Shown: positions 28,303 through 32,000 of the stretch, piece by piece
Layout of the letters: each line of letters starts with the position of its first letter
How positions within the stretch are numbered: the stretch's first letter is position 1
Assembly (NCBI RefSeq): GCF_012562765.1
Contig: NZ_CP046226.1
Span: 300,001-332,000, forward strand
Direction of reading: 5' to 3'
DNA from: Candidatus Saccharimonadota bacterium
GTDB taxonomy: Bacteria > Pseudomonadota > Gammaproteobacteria > Enterobacterales > Enterobacteriaceae
Length of the DNA: 32,000 bases
Position numbers and translations under genes: made by a program
The notes under the pieces: model-generated
Told to the model about the DNA's origin: nothing
What the model saw: only the letters and a program-made list of their open reading frames with translations
Database searches by the model: none

Positions 28303-30171
28303 TTATTGTATTTTATAATCTTTTTTATGTAAGAAAATATAATCAAAAATTTTTCTCATAATATTTCCTATTAATAAACTATTATTATTTTCAATAATAA
28401 TTACAATAGCTATTTGTGGATTTTCGTAAGGAGCAAAAGCTATTAGAAGTTTATGATCTCTTAAATTTTCTTTGATTAAATGAATATTATGTATGTTTTT
28501 ATTCTTTAAATTAAAAACTTGTGCTGTACCAGATTTAGCAGCTATTTTATATTTTGAAGATGATAAACTTTTATAAGCAGTACCGTTACTATGATTTGCT
28601 ACTCCATACATTCCAGTTTTTACTAAATACCAATATTTATAAGGAATATTATTAATTGAAGAATAATGTTTAGATTTAAAAGGATAATATTTATTATTTA
28701 TTTTTATTTCTTTTAAAAGATGAGGTTGTTTTACGACTCCATTATTAATTAATATCATTAATGCTTTAAGCATTTGTATTGGTGTAGCATTCCAATAACT
28801 TTGTCCTATACCTACTGATATAGTATCTCCTTGACACCAAGAATCCTGTATATGATTTAATTTCCATTCTTGTGTTGGTAAATTACCTGATTTTTCATTA
28901 AATAAATCAATATCTGTTAATTTTCCATAACCAAATTTTTCCATCCAAAAATGTAATTTATTAATACCCATATTAAAAGCTATTTGATAAAAAAAAGTAT
29001 CAGCTGATTCTTCTAATGACTTAATAATATTTAAATAACCATGACCGGTTTTTTTCCAATCTTTATAAGATGTATTATATTTTGGTATCTTCCACCATCC
29101 AGGATCAAAAATAATAGTATTTTCATCTATTAATTTTAATTTTAAAGCAGCTATAGATATATATGGTTTAACTGTTGATGCTGGAGGATATATTCCTTGA
29201 ATAACACGATTAATTAGTGGTTTATTTTTATTATTTAATAAAATATTTAAATCTTTTTTAGTAATTCCATTTATGAATAAATTTGGATTAAAACTAGGAG
29301 TAGAAACCATAGCTAAAATACTACCATTTTTAGGATAACTAACAACAATAGCAGAACGTATATTATTAGGTATTAATGATGTAATATATTTTTGTAATTT
29401 AATATCTATAGTTAAAATAATATCACCACCTGAATACGGAAGTTTTTGAGATATTTGACGTATAATATGACCTGCATTATCTACTTCCATTTTTTTATAT
29501 CCAGTAACTCCATGTAAAATATCTTCATAATATTTTTCAATACCTACTTTACCAATATTTTTTGTATTAATATAATTATTTTTTTTATGTTTTTTTATTA
29601 AATCTTGTAGATCTTCATTATTAATTTTTGATACATATCCAATAATATGAGCACATAACTTACCATAAGGATAAAATCTTTTTTGATAAGTTTTTAAAAA
29701 AATATTTGGAAATTTATATTTATTAAAAAAAAATTTTGATGTCTCTATATCACTTAAATGTAATTTTAAAGTTATTGGACGTAAATTATTTTTTTCAAAT
29801 TTTTTTATAAATAAATTTATATCATTATTTGATAGATAAATTATAGATTGTAATTCTATTATTTGTTTTATAGTATTTTTAATATTAGAAGAAGGAATTA
29901 TAGATAATTTATAATAAATCTTATTCATAGCTAATATTATTCCATTTCTATCATAAATTAATCCTCTTGTAGGTTCTAAAGGAAATAATTTGATATAATT
30001 TTTTTTAGATTTTTTTTGATAATAATTAAAATTATTTATTTGTAGATTATATAAATTAAATAATAAAATAAATAAAAGAATAATAATTATTATTAATGAT
30101 ATTATTATTCTTTTAAAAAAAATTTGGGATGCTTTTGAATTTTTTTGAAAATTTTTTAAATCTAAGTTCAT
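28303..30171 (-). CDS. mrdA: Penicillin-binding protein 2 (elongation-specific D,D-transpeptidase)
   Basis: 622 aa. LYNLQI...RGLIYDRNG..., the active-site motifs PPASTVKP (SxxK), LEESADTFFY (SxD-type) and AAKSGTAQ (KSG), and RDHKLLIAFAPYENPQIA are colinear with E. coli PBP2. It lies directly upstream of rodA. Confidence 0.96.
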   Translation of the reverse strand: MNLDLKNFQKNSKASQIFFKRIIISLIIIIILLFILLFNLYNLQINNFNYYQKKSKKNYIKLFPLEPTRGLIYDRNGIILAMNKIYYKLSIIPSSNIKNTIKQIIELQSIIYLSNNDINLFIKKFEKNNLRPITLKLHLSDIETSKFFFNKYKFPNIFLKTYQKRFYPYGKLCAHIIGYVSKINNEDLQDLIKKHKKNNYINTKNIGKVGIEKYYEDILHGVTGYKKMEVDNAGHIIRQISQKLPYSGGDIILTIDIKLQKYITSLIPNNIRSAIVVSYPKNGSILAMVSTPSFNPNLFINGITKKDLNILLNNKNKPLINRVIQGIYPPASTVKPYISIAALKLKLIDENTIIFDPGWWKIPKYNTSYKDWKKTGHGYLNIIKSLEESADTFFYQIAFNMGINKLHFWMEKFGYGKLTDIDLFNEKSGNLPTQEWKLNHIQDSWCQGDTISVGIGQSYWNATPIQMLKALMILINNGVVKQPHLLKEIKINNKYYPFKSKHYSSINNIPYKYWYLVKTGMYGVANHSNGTAYKSLSSSKYKIAAKSGTAQVFNLKNKNIHNIHLIKENLRDHKLLIAFAPYENPQIAIVIIIENNNSLLIGNIMRKIFDYIFLHKKDYKIQ

Positions 30172-30229
30172 TAGATAATTATTTCCTTTGTTGTTAATAA
30201 AAATTAAATATTTTATATTTATATATATT

Positions 30230-31246
30230 TTAAGAAAGTAATAAAATTAATTTTTCCAAATCTATCCAAAAGTATTTTTTTATATAATCATGAATTAAAA
30301 AACTTTTTATATTTATTTCTATTTCTAATAATAATTTAATTGATAGATATAATTGATTATAAGTAATTTTTTTTAATAAATTAATTAAAATCATATATTT
30401 ATTTTTAGGTATTAAAAATTTTTCTAATAATAAATAAAAATTATTTTTATTTATATTTCTTTTTAATTTTAAAAGGATAAAAATATTATCTGTTATTTTA
30501 TTTAATATTAAAAAAGGATTTATTTCTTCATGTTTCATTTTTATTATTATATTAATACTATGTTGTTTTTCTCCTAATAATATAGAATCAATTAAATCAT
30601 AACATTTTATAAATAAAAAATTATTTGTGATATTTAAAATAATTTTTGAATTAATATTATTTTTTTTAGGATATAATACAGATATATCTTTAATAGTTTG
30701 ATATAAAAATGTTAAATTATCTTCATATAAATAACATAGTAATTTACAATTATAATCATCTAATAATATATTTAATTTTTTAATTTTAAGATTAATCCAA
30801 TGAATTAATTGTATATTATTTAATTTATTACATATAACTAATAAAAATAATTTAATATTAATTATTTTAAAAATAAAATTTGAAGTAATAGCAATATTTG
30901 TATGAATTTCTAAAATAAGTATAATATCAATATTAATAATTTTAAAAAGATAATTTATTTTTTCTTTAAATTTAACAAATATTTTTTTATTAAGAAAAAT
31001 AAGATTAATTATTTTTTTTTTATAAAAAAAATTTTTTTCTAAAAATTTTCTAAAAATTAAATTCCATTCAATTTTATTATCTATAATTATAGAATTATAT
31101 TCTATAAAATTTAATATTTTTACTTGATTACGTAAATTAATAATTGTTTTTTTTATAAATAAAGGTTCATTACCAATTATTATATAGCAATTATATATAT
31201 TTTTATAAATATTAATATTTGTATTTTTTATTAAAATTTGATTCAT
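30230..31246 (-). CDS. holA: DNA polymerase III delta subunit (highly diverged)
   Basis: 338 aa (E. coli HolA is about 343 aa). There are conserved islands: YIIIGNEPLFIKK versus E. coli YLLLGNDPLLLQE, and KLLCYLYEDNLTFLYQTIKDISVLYP versus QVLCYCYEGNLLALAQALERLSLLWP. Its position downstream of leuS matches E. coli. The rest is Ile/Asn/Lys-rich and weakly alignable. Confidence 0.78.
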   Translation of the reverse strand: MNQILIKNTNINIYKNIYNCYIIIGNEPLFIKKTIINLRNQVKILNFIEYNSIIIDNKIEWNLIFRKFLEKNFFYKKKIINLIFLNKKIFVKFKEKINYLFKIINIDIILILEIHTNIAITSNFIFKIINIKLFLLVICNKLNNIQLIHWINLKIKKLNILLDDYNCKLLCYLYEDNLTFLYQTIKDISVLYPKKNNINSKIILNITNNFLFIKCYDLIDSILLGEKQHSINIIIKMKHEEINPFLILNKITDNIFILLKLKRNINKNNFYLLLEKFLIPKNKYMILINLLKKITYNQLYLSIKLLLEIEINIKSFLIHDYIKKYFWIDLEKLILLLS

Positions 31247-31349
31247 AAAAAATATTATTCATATGATTAAATCATAAATTACATAATTTTAATTATATTA
31301 ATAATATCATTAATAAAAAAATTTGACAAAAATATTATAAAATTTTTTA

Positions 31350-32000
31350 TTATTCAGTAACTATATTAAAAATTTTATTTGGTATATATATAGTTTTAAT
31401 TATATTATAATTTAATATTAATTTTGATATTTTATCATTATTAAATATATATTTTTTAATATTATTTTTAGAATTTTGATAAATATATGGGATTTTTATA
31501 ATATATTTTTTTTTCCCATTAAGTTGTACAATAATATTTAACAATTTTTTTATATTTAGTTGAGTATTAATAATTACAGGCCATTTTTCATAATCAATGT
31601 TATTTTTATTACCCATATATTTCCATAATACAAAACAAAAATGTGGTGTAAATGGATATAACATTTTAATAATAACTATTAATGCATCATGAATAATAAC
31701 ATAATCTTTTATATCAGAAATTTTATATTTAATTACTTTATTTGTTAATAACATTATTGATGCGATTGCTGTATTAAAAACTTGTCTTCTTTCAATATCA
31801 TCTGATACTTTAATTATTATTTTATTTATATATTCTTGTAATAATGTTTGTTTTATATTCATTTGTAAATATATTTTTTCTTTATTAATATTTTTAATAT
31901 AATAATTAGATTTATTATGTTGATAAATAAATTTCCATATTTTTTTTAAAAATCTTAACATTCCTTTAATTCCAGATTCTTTCCATTCTAAAGATAAATG
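31350..32000 (-). CDS. leuS: Leucine--tRNA ligase, C-terminal part (gene continues beyond window end)
   Basis: The frame is open to position 32000. The translation is HLSLEWKESGIKGMLRFLKKIWKFIYQHN...RRQVFNTAIASIMLLTN...MLYPFTPHFCFVLW...IVQLNGKKK...IYIPNKIFNIVTE, which matches the E. coli LeuRS C-terminal region ([20 protein letters not shown]...RQTFNTAIAAIMELMN...NPFTPHICFTLW...VVQVNGKVR). The internal Met at 31961 used by the ORF track is not the start. Confidence 0.95.
   Translation of the reverse strand, partial: HLSLEWKESGIKGMLRFLKKIWKFIYQHNKSNYYIKNINKEKIYLQMNIKQTLLQEYINKIIIKVSDDIERRQVFNTAIASIMLLTNKVIKYKISDIKDYVIIHDALIVIIKMLYPFTPHFCFVLWKYMGNKNNIDYEKWPVIINTQLNIKKLLNIIVQLNGKKKYIIKIPYIYQNSKNNIKKYIFNNDKISKLILNYNIIKTIYIPNKIFNIVTE

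Noticed and set aside
31322-31327. Perfect TTGACA on the plus strand in the leuS/holA spacer
   Set aside because: There is no plus-strand gene downstream, so it would only drive antisense transcription into leuS. The -10 partner (TTTATT at 17 nt) is weak. It is most likely chance.

Overview
This window is an extremely AT-rich, tightly packed stretch of a reduced gammaproteobacterial genome, of the Enterobacterales-derived obligate insect-endosymbiont type (Buchnera, Wigglesworthia or Blochmannia-like). I cannot assign the species from sequence alone. I support 45 protein-coding genes and 2 tRNA genes. Every credible ORF has a clear E. coli ortholog.

Gene content, left to right:
- 1-12537 (minus strand): the complete S10-spc-alpha ribosomal protein cluster, rpsJ through rpsD plus the 5' end of rpoA. 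It includes secY and two short genes absent from the ORF track, rpmJ and rpmD.
- 12814-16167: ruvX(yqgF), yggT, hemW, trmB (minus) and yggX.
- 16200-16353 (minus): a lone tRNA-Ile(GAU)/tRNA-Ala(UGC) pair.
- 16477-21551: rmuC, tatD, asnS and an OmpF-family porin.
- 21647-32000 (minus): gloC(ycbL), ihfB, rpsA, aroA, serC, rodA, mrdA, holA and the 3' part of leuS.

The window reads as five blocks, each collinear with the E. coli K-12 map as I recall it and joined by short AT-only spacers. Inside the blocks, non-retained genes have been excised almost to the base.

I found no mobile element, CRISPR array, defence island, orphan ORF, pseudogene or foreign-composition segment, so I do not see an undescribed system here.

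The points worth a second look all concern genome reduction:
- rRNA-spacer-type tRNAs stranded without rRNA genes.
- Syntenic absence of mutY and rdgB, of lptE and the msbA-lpxK-kdsB-mukFEB segment, of cmk, aspC, ubiE-tatC, and nadD-rlmH.
- A lysine-rich loop expansion in the porin.
- An in-frame 9-bp tandem repeat in asnS.
- Many 9-11 nt poly(A) tracts inside essential genes.
- A relatively G+C-richer island in the S10 leader.

All synteny statements rest on remembered E. coli gene order, and absence here does not prove absence from the genome.
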